A program made the translations under genes and the position numbers. A stretch of DNA of 64,000 nucleotides from contig NC_043010.1 in assembly GCF_006345805.1 (NCBI RefSeq), forward strand, positions 16,864,001 through 16,928,000. Direction: 5' to 3'. The notes beneath the pieces are model-generated. The model was given only the letters and a program-made list of their open reading frames with translations, was not told the DNA's origin and ran no database searches. Positions 12,330-25,912 of the stretch are shown piece by piece. The stretch comes from Octopus sinensis (Eukaryota). Numbering within the stretch: the first letter of the stretch is position 1; every line of letters starts with the position of its first letter.

Positions 12330-12600
12330 TAGAGAGAAAGCGTTGACAGCCGCAAAAGTTTAAATATTCCCACCACAGGTCTTTTAGAATGGTGAATTAT
12401 TATCGCCCACCACTACTGCACAATCATAACAGATATTATTAATCAGATATATTGTGTTAATTTATATATAATAAACCTTTACATAAATAAATAACGTGAA
12501 ATACACGAAGGGATGAACAAAAAGACAAACGGGTCATTCAAAGCCTTCATTCTTCAGTCAGAAACTGATCCTCATCGCAGATTTCGGCTGTTTAATTCTA
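12330..12600 (+). repeat. Unclassified (TA)n-associated element related to 33830-33960
   Basis: Shared aacgtgaaatac..gaagggac/tgaac..agccttca..cagtcaga..atttcggctgtt. Confidence 0.55.
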
Positions 12601-12714
12601 TATATATGTGTGTATATAAATATATATATAATGTGTATACATATATATGTGTGTATATATATATAATCATCAATATCTATAAAGCTGAAATATATATATA
12701 TATATCATCATCAT

Positions 12715-12940
12715 CATTCTTTTATTTGTTTATTTGTTTCAGTCATTTGGACTGTGGCCATGCTGGAGCACCGCCTTTAGTCAAACAAATTGACCTCAGG
12801 ACTTATTTCTTTGAAGGCTTAGTACTTATTCTATCAGTTTCTTTTGCCGAACTGCTAAGTTACAGATGTGTAAACACACCAACATCGATTGTCAAGTGAT
12901 GATGAGGGAACAAACACAGACACACAAACATATACATATA
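12715..12940 (-). mobile_element. SINE family A, 3' half
   Basis: Homologous to 20027-20250; ends at the central microsatellite. Confidence 0.85.
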
Positions 12941-13091
12941 TAATATTTTTGTTCTTTCTTATGAAATATATAGAACTGCTTAAGAAGTGGTTGGGTCGAC
13001 CCCAAGACAAAAGATATGAATTAAGACATAAACTCAAATTAGGCAATCAGGCTTTTATACATCCTCATACAGTTATAAATTTGACTTAAAA

Positions 13092-13127
<36 letters not shown>

Positions 13128-13459
13128 TACATATTGACATATATGAATATTTTTTTAAATATACATAATAATACATTTGGACAATTTCCCCTTCAGCAGG
13201 AAAGATATCCTCATAAAATCATGTTCTTGAAAATTTTTGACAAAAATAGGTCAAGAATGTGATTTTATGATGATCCCTTTCCTGATGAAGGAGACATTGT
13301 CCACATGGTTTGTAAGAATTCTATTAATTTTTCTACTAGGCCATTAGGTAAAAGAAACAGGCATGGAAGGACTGGAAGTGTAGTGATAGCAGGGAACTGT
13401 ATCAGATTGCCAGAAAGGAAGCTAAGAGACAGAGGGAAAGCAGAAATATCAAATGGAAA

Positions 13460-13705
13460 TAGTAGTTGTGATACCTGTGCCGGTGGCACGTAAGAAGCAC
13501 CAACCGATCGTGGCAGCTGTGCTGGTGGCACATAAAAAAGACCCTCTACACTCACGGAGTGGTTGGCGTTAGGAAGGGCATCCAGCTGTAGAAACACTGC
13601 CAGATCAGACTGGAGCCTGGTCCAGCCTCCTGGCTTCCCAGACCCCGGTTGAACCGTCCAACCCATGCTAGCACGGAAAGTGGACGTTAAACGATGATGA
13701 TGATG
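13460..13705 (+). mobile_element. RTE-type tail
   Basis: Near-identical to 8680-8871. Confidence 0.85.
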
Positions 13706-13729
13706 TTCTGAGTCATGAGGACCAGAGAC

Positions 13730-15620
13730 TTGAAGTGTTTCACACTGTAAGACAGTGTATGAGAGAGAATCCCGATGCCACAGGAGAGAAATGTGACTGC
13801 ATGGATGATGGCTCACTTGCATTTAATGATGTTGCAAAGAGAGAGACTTGGAGACACTACTATGAAAGGTTGCTCAATAAAGAGAATGAATAGGAGAAAG
13901 AGAGTCTGCCAAATGTCGACCCAACAGAGGGACCAGTTATTCAAATTGACAGTACCTTGGTGGATAAAGCAATTAAAGGTATGAAGATAGGGAAGTCCCG
14001 AGCCTGTCAGGAATCACTGCTGAGATGCTTAAAATATGTGGCGGTGTAGGGTATAGTCTAGTCACCCATAGAGTAAACCAGATGATATACGAAGGAGTCA
14101 TATCCAATGACTGGTTTAGCAGCACCATAGTCAACTGCTACAAAGGTAAATATATATATATATATATCAGAACTAGAGGAGAAGTTTCAGGTGTGGAAGC
14201 AAGGAGTAGAATCAAAGGGCCTTAGAGTCTATCTAGCTAAAACCAAAGTCTTAATAAGTAGGAAGGCAGACAAACCACAAATCCCTTCAAGTAGATGGCC
14301 CTGCTCAATCTGTAGAAAAGGCGTAGGTAGAAACTCTGTAAGATGTATCCAGTGCAAACTATGGATACATAAGAGGTGCAGCAATATCAAAGGAAGGCTA
14401 ACTGGGAAGATAGTTTTTATATGTGGCAGATGCTCAGGAGCAATAAACACTGAAAATGGGCAGAGAACAACTGCTGCTACATTCCAGGGAGGAAAACTGG
14501 AAGTAGTTGACAGCTTCCATTACCTAGGTGACCAAGTCAGTAGCGGGGGAGGGTGTACTGAAAGTTCAGAGAGCTCTTACCTCTGCTGGTGACAAAGGGC
14601 CTCTCGCTCAGAGTAAAAGGTAGGCTGTATGACGTATGTGTATGAACAGCCATGCTACATGGCAGTGAAACATGGGCGGTGACTGCTGAGGACATGCGTA
14701 AGCTCACAAGGAATGAAGCCAGTATGCTCCGCTGGATGTGTAATGTCAATGTGCATACACGACAGAGTGTAAGTACCTTGAGAGAAAAGTTGGACCTAAG
14801 AAGCATCAGATGTGGTGTGCAAAAGAGATGACTGTGCTGGTATGGACATGTGGTGTGAATGGATGAGGATAGCTGTGTGAAAAAGTGTCACATCCTAGCA
14901 GTTGAGGGAATTTGTGGAAGAGGAAGACCTGGGATAAGGTGGTGAAGCAATACCCTTCTAACATTGGGCCTGACGGAGGCAATGACTAGTGACTGAGACC
15001 TTTGGAAATATGCTGTGCTTGAGAAAATCCAGCAAGCCAAGTGAGAGCATAACCCATTGCTTATGCCAGCAGTGTAACCAGCCTACTTATGTGTTGTTTG
15101 CGAAGACCTATTGAGGCAAGTGAAATCACAATCAAAATCAAATTTGCTGACGTGGCCTGACTGGCATTCGTGTCAGTGGAACATTAAAAGCATCATCTGA
15201 GCATGATTATTGCCAGGGCCACTAACTGGCTCCTGTGCTGGTGGCACATAAAAAGCACCATTCAAGTGTGATCATTACCCGTGTCACCTTACTGGCATTT
15301 GTGCCGGTGACACGTGGAAAACAACAGCAAGGTCATTGCAGTGCTGCTGGATTGGCTCCTGTGCAGGTGGCACATAAAAAAACACCATTTGGGCATGCCC
15401 ATCACCAGTACTGCCTGACTGGCCCTCGTACCAGTGGCACGTAAAATCACCTACTACATTCTCAGAGTGGTTGGCGTTAGGAAGGACATCCAGCTGTAGA
15501 AACTCTGCCAGATCAGATTGGAACCTGGTGCAAGCATCTGGCTCATCATCCTCAGTGAAACTGTCCAACCCATGCTAGTATGGAAAGTGGACGTTAAATG
15601 ATGATGATGAAGATGATGAT
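13730..15620 (+). mobile_element. RTE LINE fragment with RT core deleted
   Basis: AEMLKICGGVGYSLVTH...STIVNCYKGK jumps via (TA)n to WKQGVESKGLRV..KTKV, C4HC3 finger, FHYLGD, ORF end, UTR repeats and (GAT)n tail. Confidence 0.9.
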
Positions 15621-15650
15621 ATATATATACATATATATACACACACACAC

Positions 15651-15833
15651 ACGTCAGTGATTGGTTGAAATTGCAGAAATTGAAGAAAAAACCCAACAAA
15701 TATCTTACAAACTATAGAATTTTCTCAATAAAGCCAAGAGAAAAAGATATTTTATAAACACATTCTACCAGTATACGAAGTTTAAAATTTTTTAGTTACC
15801 TAGAAATTATGTTAAAAACTGCCGTTCAAACCG
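15651..15833 (-). mobile_element. Partial second copy of the 16300-16720 MITE, inverted
   Basis: Reverse complement of 16309-16487. Confidence 0.85.
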
Positions 15834-16299
15834 TTCTTCCTTCCGCCGATAATAAATGCTTATGATTATGATAGAATCGATTCGACTCGCTCCACCAACT
15901 TGTAGCTTTGTGCCAACGTTGTGTTGAAAGATATGTAAATATTTGTTTAAGACAAAATATATGTCTAATGCATGTCTGTAGATGAGCTGTAGTTACATAG
16001 AAGGCGGAAAGGAATAGTAATATGTGAAAGAGAGTTTTTCATAGGGGAAAGAAAAGATAAAAATTTGATGTAAGGGAAATAACTCATCATAATCTCATAG
16101 CTTCAAGGGACATAACTCGGAGGCTAAATTTAATTTTGACAAGTTTGCATGGGTTCGGCCTGTCTTCTCTCCCTATGTTGTAGTTCTTTGTCTATTCTTC
16201 TCTAAGATCCACAATTTGGAGAGATATTTTCGCCGCATCTTGTTTCCTTGATCTACCTCTTCCACGAGGGCCCTTCCACTTGTAATATCCACTCCTTTT

Positions 16300-16720
16300 G
16301 GATCTTTTCGGTTTGAACGGCAGTTTTTAACATAATTTCTAGGTAACTAAAAAATTTTGAACTTCGTATACTGGTAGAATGTGTTTATAAAACATCTTTT
16401 TCTCTTGGCTTTATTGAGAAACTTATATGGTTCGTAAGATATTTGTTTTTTTCTTCAATTTCTGCAATTTCAACTAATCACTGACGTCTATTGAGGTAAA
16501 CAACATTCTGTGCCATATGAATATGTCCCTCGTTTAAGAAACAAATTGGGTTTATTTACATTTGTGAAGAAAAAAAAGATACCCTCCCCCCACCTCCCAC
16601 TCTAACCCTAACTAACCCTAAAAGAGATTGAAATGCAATAGATCAATACTAGGGTCATAATTATGGGTGACAATTTCATGACACCGCTAGAAAAAACTGC
16701 TGTTCAAACTGAAAAGATCC
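16300..16720 (+). mobile_element. 421-bp MITE with 29-bp TIRs and 8-bp TSD (Merlin-like)
   Basis: GGATCTTTTCGGTTTGAACGGCAGTTTTT ... AAAAACTGCTGTTCAAACTGAAAAGATCC (27/29); CTCCTTTT at 16292-16299 and 16721-16728; superfamily call is inference. Confidence 0.85.
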
Positions 16721-17974
16721 CTCCTTTTAAAATAAACTATTACCCTTCACACACAACATGTCTGTACCCCCTATTTTCTCTTGAGTACCCCACACTTCTT
16801 CTTTCAGTTTATTGTTCATTCATGCTCACATCACACATCCAGAGGAGTAAGTCCCTGTTCCAACCTGAATACATCCTCTATAACAAATGCCCATGTTTTA
16901 TTCTCATGCATAATTACACTTTATACACAGGTATCATACACTCCACCCTTTTATTTGAAATGAGATTTCTCATGTTGCCAGCAGAACTTTAACCACCGTG
17001 TTATTACACTAGTTACTATATTTTATGATTTGGTCACCAAGCAGAGGGAAGTTGTTACTCACTTTTACGCCATCTTTACCTCAACATTAAAGATAATTAA
17101 TTTTACAGATGGCCCACTCATAATTACTTCTGCATACCTACGACAGCCACAGGCCCCTTTTTTTTTTCTATTAGCCTGACTGTGATCTCACTGTATCTCT
17201 TGTACTCTCAGTTGAATGTGGAATGGTGATTTCATGTCTGTTTGTCCATGTTTCACCAAATAACAATATATTCAGGGTCTAACACACAGATTCATTAGCA
17301 AAGGCTAGAGCAACCAAAACGGTCATTCTTGACCAACCCTAAGCTTTCATGAACGTTAACCATATCAGGAATGAGTGTAGGCCAACCCAACAGTGTGTCA
17401 GAAGGGGAAATAAGAGTCCTTCAAAGACTCAGCCCTTAGAAAAACAGAGTAAGGTCCACCTGTGATTCAGCATCATGACTTTAAGGTTTCTTGGGGTTTG
17501 AAGAATTTAAATATTTTTCAGGTTCTCTAAGAACAGAAAAATGTTTACAATTGGTCTGAGGTATTTTGAAAACAAGGTAAGGAACATAGAAATTTGTAGA
17601 AAATGGTGAAAACACTGGCAAAGAGCCAATTATAAAAAAAATTTAATCTTCCCTTCAGAATTCTCTCACAAATAAAAGTTTAGCAGCCACAAAATCTTTT
17701 GTGGTAACAAAGAATCTGAGACAAGAAGAGAAAATCAAATTTGAAATCTTGACGAGTTATCAGAATTGTTTCATAATGTTGATCTTCTTAATGTTGGTTA
17801 GTAATGTGGTAAAGAACGTAACAAGAAGAACATCACATTCGTCTCAATTAGCGTTAAATGAATATATTCAGGTAATGGCTGTGCAAGAAGTGAAATGTGG
17901 AAGTTAAAGCACATTAAGAGTAAATGACAAAACCAGTTTCTTATATTGATGTAGATTTTTAGGAGACAGCAATT

Positions 17975-18467
17975 TTTATGACTGGCTTCCGTGCCAGTGG
18001 CACGCAAAAAGCACCAACTGATCGTGGCTGTTGCCAGCCTACCCTGGCACCTAAAAAGCACCATCCATACGTGGCCGATGCCAGCGCTGCCTTTACTGGC
18101 TTCTGTGCTGGTGGCACGCAAAAAGCACCAACCGATCATGGCCGTTGCCAGCCTACCCTAGCACCTAAAAAGCACCATCTGTACGTGGCCAATGCCAGCG
18201 TCGCCTTGACTGGCTTCCGTCCCGGTGGCACGCAAAAAGCACCAACCAATCATGGTTGCTGCCAGCCTCCCTTGGCACCTGTGCCGGTGGTACGTAAAAA
18301 GCACCCACTACACTCTCGGAGTGGTTGGCGTTAGGAAGGGTATCTAGCTGTGGAAACACTGTCAGATCAGACTGGAGCCTGGTGCAGCCTCCTGGCTTCC
18401 CAGACCCTTGTTGAACCGTCCAACCCATGCTAGCATGGAAAACAGACATTAAATGATGATGATGATG
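17975..18467 (+). mobile_element. RTE-type 3' UTR with 114-bp tandem units and tail
   Basis: Units start at 17981, 18095 and 18209; tail ends in (GAT)n. Confidence 0.85.
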
Positions 18468-18998
18468 TATATTTTTGGATTTATCCAATGAAAATGAAAG
18501 ATTGTTAAAAGCATTGGTATTAGGTGGAAACAGAGAGATGCAAACCTTACTCTTGCGGCAGCATAAGATGTCAATTGTGTTTAGCACAGAAGAAACAGAT
18601 ACAGAAGAGTGTACTTTCAGGCTACGCATAAATGGGAAATCAGATTTACATCTTGCTACCTCGAGAAGTTGTTAGAGAGTAGGCATCATTGTTCTGTCTC
18701 TCCATAGCATTTCTTGTGGTTTGCCTTCCTTCATTTCTCTCACTCATTTCTCCCTTTTTGCCATTTCTTCCCTCTCACATATAAAATTTCTATTTTCTCC
18801 TGAGAAAAAAAAACGATAGTTTTATTTTCGTTGCACTTAGAACCAGTTTCCTTGAACTACATTTGCAGTGTGTGTTCCAGATGCAAACAGATGCAAACAG
18901 GCGCCTCTGATGATTGTGGGTCTATAACTTTGAGTTATATTAACTGTTTTGTCCATATGCTCATTATGAAACTACAAACACACACATAGACACACACA

Positions 18999-19029
<31 letters not shown>

Positions 19030-19229
19030 TACATTTAGATGAACAAAATCGTGTGTGTGTGTGTATGTGAGTGCGTGTGTGTGTGTGTATGTGAGTGCGT
19101 GTGTGTGTGTGTATGTGAGTGCGTGTGTGTGTAAGTCTGTTTAAGACTGGTTGTCCATGGAACTCCCATATGCTGATAATCTAGTCCTCAGAGCTGATTC
19201 TATTGGGGAATCAGAGAAGTAATTCTAGG

Positions 19230-21205
19230 CATGGAAGCTACACCTGGAATTGAGAGGCCTTAAGGTTAACCTGTCAAAGACTGGAGTTTTAGTAAGTAGG
19301 AAAGATGACAGGACCCTGTTACCTTCAGGGAAATGACCTTACTCACTATGTAGAAAAGGGGTAGATATAAACTCAATATGTTGCACTCAATGTAAGCCAT
19401 GGTTACGCAAGAGACGGTGGAACCACTGGCAGACGATCTGAAAATGTGAGCCTCATATGCAGTAGAATTAGTGAAGCAGTTCATACCAGCAAGCCCATAA
19501 CTAAGTCTCTTTAAATGGCCAGGTAGCTCGTTAGAAGTATTTGATAGCTTTTGTTACCTGTGAAATGTAATTAGCAATGGAAGTGGTCGCTCTAAAAGTA
19601 TAGTTGCCAGAGTAAGAACTGGTTGGAGAAAGTTCTATGAACTGCTACCATTGCTGACATCAAGGGCTGATTGTAAGATGCTTGTGTTAGAACTGCAATG
19701 CTGCATGGTCAAAAGACATGAAACTTGAATATAGAGGACTTGAGAAAACTGGAAAGAAATGTGGCCAGCATGACGCGTTGGATGCACAATGTGTGTGAAA
19801 GAATTTGTACAAAGGTGCAGGGTGAAAAACTGGGCATAAGAGGAATCAGATGTTGTATCCAAATAAGAAGATTGAGATGGTACGGACCATGTGGTGAATG
19901 GGCCATGTGGTCAATGGGCCATGTGATGCATGGGTCATGTGGTCAATGGGAACAGCTGTATAAAGAAGTGCCATTCTCTTAATGTGGCTGGAGCCAGCAA
20001 AAGAGGAAGACCCAGGAAGATATTCTTTCTTTTCTTTCTTTTACTTGTTTCAGTCATTTGACTGCGGCCATGCTGGAGCACCGCCTTTAATCGAGCAACT
20101 TGACCCCGGGACTTATTCTTTTGTAAGCCCAGTACTTATTCTATCGGTCTCTTTTGCCGAACCGCTAAGTAACAGGGACATAAACACACCAGCACCGGTT
20201 GTCAAGCAATGCTAGGGGGACAAACACAGACACACAAACACACACACGCATACATATATATACATATATACGACGGGCTTCTTTCAGTTTCCGTCTACCA
20301 AATCCACTCACAAGGCTTTGGTCGGCCCAAGGCTATAGTAGAAGACACTTGCCCAAGGTGCCACGCAGTGGGACTGAACCCGGCACCATGTGGTTGGTAA
20401 ACAAGCTACTTATCACACAGCCACTCCTGCGCCTATGGGATGAAATGGTGAAAGTTGACCTCAGGGCCTTCAGCCTGATGGATGAGATGACAAAGGACCG
20501 GAATCTCTTCCTCAGCCCTATATTTTGGGTTGTCCACCTGTTACAATGACTCACCCCCACCACCGCCACATGCCCCCTCTCTACCTCTTCCCCCCTCCTT
20601 CTCTTGTCCTCCTGCCACCAGCTATTGTATCCTCTTTACTACTTGCTGCACCCCACTCTTCTGCATCCCCCTTTTAGCTCATGGCTCTTATCTCTCCCCT
20701 CCCTTCAACCCTACCCATTTTGGCAGTCTACCACCCATCAACCCTTGCCTCATTCAAACCACCCACTCACCCATTTCAACCCAGCTTATAACCCATGGAC
20801 CTACCTGGACACTTATCCCCATTATCTGTCTTGCAGCTCCTGCTGATCATTTTCTCTCTCTCACCATTTTTTTGTTACGTGTGTAGCCATGCAAATCCCC
20901 CCTCCCTGCAGGAACCTACTCAGCCCTATCTCTCTCATAGTAATCCCCTCGTCTCCTAGCATGAAGCTGACCTCCACCCCAGGACTCATGAACCTGCAAA
21001 CGTCATGGCAACCTCCATAGTTCAGGTGGCAGAACAGAAGCACTCGGTTCATGTTTGTAGGTGGAGAAGGAAGACCATCCAGGCAGGAAGACCAGGCCAA
21101 AACGGGGACTGGAGTTCTGGGCAGTCCTTACAGACATTGGTTTCTCTCAGACCTTCCATCCTACGCCAGCATAGAACAGGGATGTAAAACGATGAAGATG
21201 ATGAT
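19230..21205 (+). mobile_element. Decayed RTE LINE 3' part with C/T-rich UTR, interrupted by SINE A
   Basis: LRW.G..., then GRPRK/WDEMVK is split at 20027-20434; C-rich 20540-21000; tail 21050-21205. Confidence 0.7.
20027..20434 (-). mobile_element. SINE family A, full length, nested in RTE
   Basis: Complete head, microsatellite, body and tail; host RTE sequence resumes on both sides. Confidence 0.9.
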
Positions 21206-21569
21206 TATGTGATGATGATACACGTATGCATGCGTGTATGTATTTGTATGTTTGTGTGTGTCTGTGAGTTTGTTTACACTTGCACATCTCCAAAATTCAC
21301 TGAGCTACAATCAGTGAGGTTGTTATCTTCCATACCAAAACAACCATCAGCCGGCTTTGTGCCTTCAAACATGAGTGGAATAAGATATTTTTTACTTGAA
21401 AAACAAGCAAGGGTTAGCAACAGGAAGGGCGTCCTGTTGTAAAGCCATGCCTCAATATTATATTTGTCTAACCCATGATATCAAGGAAAAATGGAAGTAA
21501 AACAAATGAATGGCCTCATCATCCTCACCACCATCATCACCATCATCATCATCATTGTTGTCATCATTG

Positions 21570-22000
21570 TCATCATCATTCTACTCCCATTTTCCGTGCT
21601 GGCATGGGTAGGATGGTTCAACAAGATTCAAAGGCTCAGAGGACCACATCTTACTCCAGTGACTCAGTTTTGGCATGGTTTCTACAGCTGGATGCTCCTC
21701 CTGTCCACAACCACTCTACAGAGTGTACTGGGTGCAGTTTTTCATGGCACCCTCACTGGTGGGAGATGGGGGTCACCTCATAGCTTTCAAAGTGATAGAG
21801 ATCCTCTGTAAAGATGGGAACCGATTTATTATTGCAAACGGAAGATAGTGGAGAGACTAAGAGAGGGAATAGGGTTGGTAGGGGGGAGTAATGAAGAGGG
21901 GAAGGTGAAGGAGAGGGGGCAGTGTCGTGATGGGGTAGGTGGAGCCAGTGGAGGGGATGATCAGTTCATCTGCCATGCCAATGTAGGCTGAAAATGGTTT
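21570..22000 (-). mobile_element. RTE C/T-rich UTR and tail fragment
   Basis: Tail motif on the minus strand at 21590-21740; G-rich plus strand after it. Confidence 0.5.
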
Positions 22001-22094
22001 GCCAGGGTCCAAGGCTGTTCTTATAAGAGTTACACAAGTTTGTTGAGAGTAGGGGGGAGGGGGACGAGGCTAACAAGGACAATGCTAGGGAAGG

Positions 22095-22545
22095 GAAAAG
22101 TAATACAAGTATACTTCCCAACTGCATGGCTTAAGGTTCAATTCCACTGCACAGCACATTGGGCAAAATTCTTCTGCTACAGCCACAGGTTGACCAAAGA
22201 CTTCAGAGTGGATTTGGTAGGTACAAATTGAAAACAAACCATCCCTGTGTGTGCATACGTGCATATGTGTGCATGCATGCATACGTGTGCATGCGTGCAT
22301 ACGTGTGCATGTGAGTGTGTGTGCATGAGTGGGTTCCTATGTCTTTGTCTTAAATCATGTGACAGAGAATAAGCATCATTGTCATACAAATAGTTTCTCG
22401 CTTCCAATCTTCTGTGAAAACATGTCTGGCCATGGGAAAATATTGCCTTACATGGAAACAGGTGAAGGTTGGTGACAGGGAGGGCATCCAGCTGTAGAAA
22501 ATCTATCTCAACCCATTCCATCCACGACATGCAATTATGGAAAAG
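22095..22545 (+). mobile_element. Composite SINE: family-A-type head, (GT)n/(GCAT)n, RTE-type tail
   Basis: ttcttctgctacagcc..gaccaaag..gagtggatttggtag resembles the A head; 3' end has gggcatccagctgtagaaa..ggaaaagtggac. Confidence 0.55.
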
Positions 22546-22759
22546 TGGACCTTGATGTATGTATGTGTGAGTGTGCCGGAAAGCAAGTTTGCCTCAGTTT
22601 ATTAGGCTAACACAAAATACAGTTTTTCCTACTTTATTGTTATCAAATGGAAGAGACTGAATCAGATAATGAAAGCAATTGTTTTGACGAAAGCCATCTT
22701 GTTATAAGTGGTGGTGAGAGATTATGTAATTCAATCAAAGAAAATGCATACGTACATCA

Positions 22760-23960
<1,201 letters not shown>

Positions 23961-24362
23961 TGACAGATAAGCACACAAAGATATGTCTATAGACATACAT
24001 ACATATATTGTACACACACACATGTCATCACACCCACCCACAAACATTATCTACATATATTTGTGCGTGTGTGTGTGTGTGTGTGATAATTCTCTGAGAT
24101 GGCCTGAAAGCTCGGGAGAGGATGTAGCAAAATGAACAACAGTGAGATTTGAACCTTGAAATATGAGTTTGTGAAGGCATTTGCCACATGGAATGCCTGA
24201 GTGTTTTATTGACTGAGCTACAGATGTGAACAAAGAAATGAAGATGAGTCGACAGACAGATTAATAGACAGATGGACAAACACACGCACGCACGCATGCA
24301 CACACACACACACATGCACACACACATGTGTGTAGGTATGTGTGGGTGTACATATGTATGTA

Positions 24363-24400
<38 letters not shown>

Positions 24401-24439
24401 TCTCTCTTTCGGAGAGGCACTGAGCACCTACAGGCACAT

Positions 24440-24605
24440 ATGCACACACGGCAGTAACTTCCGCCTACCGAATTCCATCACAAAGCTTCGGTCAGCTCGG
24501 GGCTATAGTGGAAGACACCTGCCCAAAGTGCCACGCAGTGGGACTGAACCCGAAACCATGTAGCTAAGAAGCAAGCTCCCTAACCACACAGCCATGCCCG
24601 TGCCT
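24440..24605 (-). mobile_element. SINE family A head fragment
   Basis: Homologous to other A heads. Confidence 0.75.
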
Positions 24606-25073
24606 ATATATATGTATACATACATATATGAATATACACATGTGTATATTCATATATGCGTGCACAAACTGACTCAATTACACACACAGGAAATTGTGCT
24701 AAAGGAAATAGATTTAGACTTGTATGTTTGTATAGATTAGCAACAACCAACAACAATAAAAAGGTGGGAGGAGAATTCGAATTGTGATAAAGACATGTGT
24801 GTGTGTGTGGGTGTGTATAGATAGACAGATAGAGAGAGGTGGGGGGGTGGGAAGAGAGAGAAAGGGATTGACACAGATATGCAGAAAGATAGACAGACAA
24901 ACAGACAGATAGATATACAAATAGCGAGAGAGGGAAAGAGATAGATAGAAAGATAGCGAGACAGATTTACACTAGCATTTTCATACATCAACAACTGGAA
25001 GAAACCAAAGACAAAGGAAAAAGAGAGGGAGGAGGGGGTGTGCGTGGAAGAGAGTGCAAGAGGTGTGTGTGGG

Positions 25074-25124
<51 letters not shown>

Positions 25125-25239
25125 TATGGGGGGGGTGGAGAGAGAAAGTTTTCCCCCCAATTTCTCCGTTGAAAGCCCATCTCAGCTAATGGCTTTTAAG
25201 CTGTTCTCCAATGATGTTGCACATGGATGTTACTACGTT

Positions 25240-25604
25240 GGTGTTATCTGATGTTGCTGTTGTTGTTGTTGTTGTTAATATTGTGTAGCTTCAACAAGGT
25301 GTGACTTGCCAGCTGATTCACTCGGTGAGAGGGTGGGGAGCGGCGATGAGGATGGTGGGGGTGTGTGGCTATGGAGGTAGTAGGAGTGTAAATAGTGGTG
25401 GTGGTGGTGGTGGTGTGGTTGTTGTGCATTGTGATGGCAGTAGTATTAGTGGTGATGGAAGTGTTGTGGTGGTAGTAGTGGTGGTGGCATTGGCTCATGA
25501 GGGTTGTTGATGTTGCAGTGGGGGTGGTAGTGGGTGATTACTGGGAGTAGTGGCACTGGTAATAATGATAGTAGAGGTTGTTGATTGTATAGTGATACTA
25601 ACAG

Positions 25605-25654
<50 letters not shown>

Positions 25655-25740
25655 GGTGGTGGTGGTGGTGGTGGTGGTAGCAGTAGTAGTAGTAGAGGTG
25701 GTCGTGCTGCCACTGGTGATATTATTATTATTATTATTAG
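25240..25740. repeat. (GGT)n/(GTT)n/(AGT)n trinucleotide mosaic
   Basis: Direct inspection. Confidence 0.85.
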
Positions 25741-25912
25741 TTGTAGGTGTTGTTTAACCCTAGGTAAGTTCTAATCAAGGGCTTTCCAGCTGTGAGAATC
25801 CCAGCAGGGGTGCCTCTACCTGCTCCCTAAATCTACTAGAAAGAGCAGCCAAATCTCACTTTACCCACAACCAACCTTGTTTTTTTTTTGGTTTACATTG
25901 ATGGTGTCAGTG

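Noticed and set aside
16602-16621. Interstitial telomere
   Set aside because: Only about three imperfect units, inside a MITE
17981-18300. CRISPR-like or coding tandem repeat
   Set aside because: No unique spacers or cas genes; it is the RTE UTR array in eukaryotic DNA
13197-18678. Phase-compatible chain of plus-strand mini-exons (13197-13249, 16808-16846, 17522-17576, 17764-17871, 18621-18678)
   Set aside because: Frames were chosen after the fact, the joined peptide is unrecognisable, such sites are common in AT-rich DNA, and SINE orientation argues against a plus-strand gene; RNA-seq could overturn this
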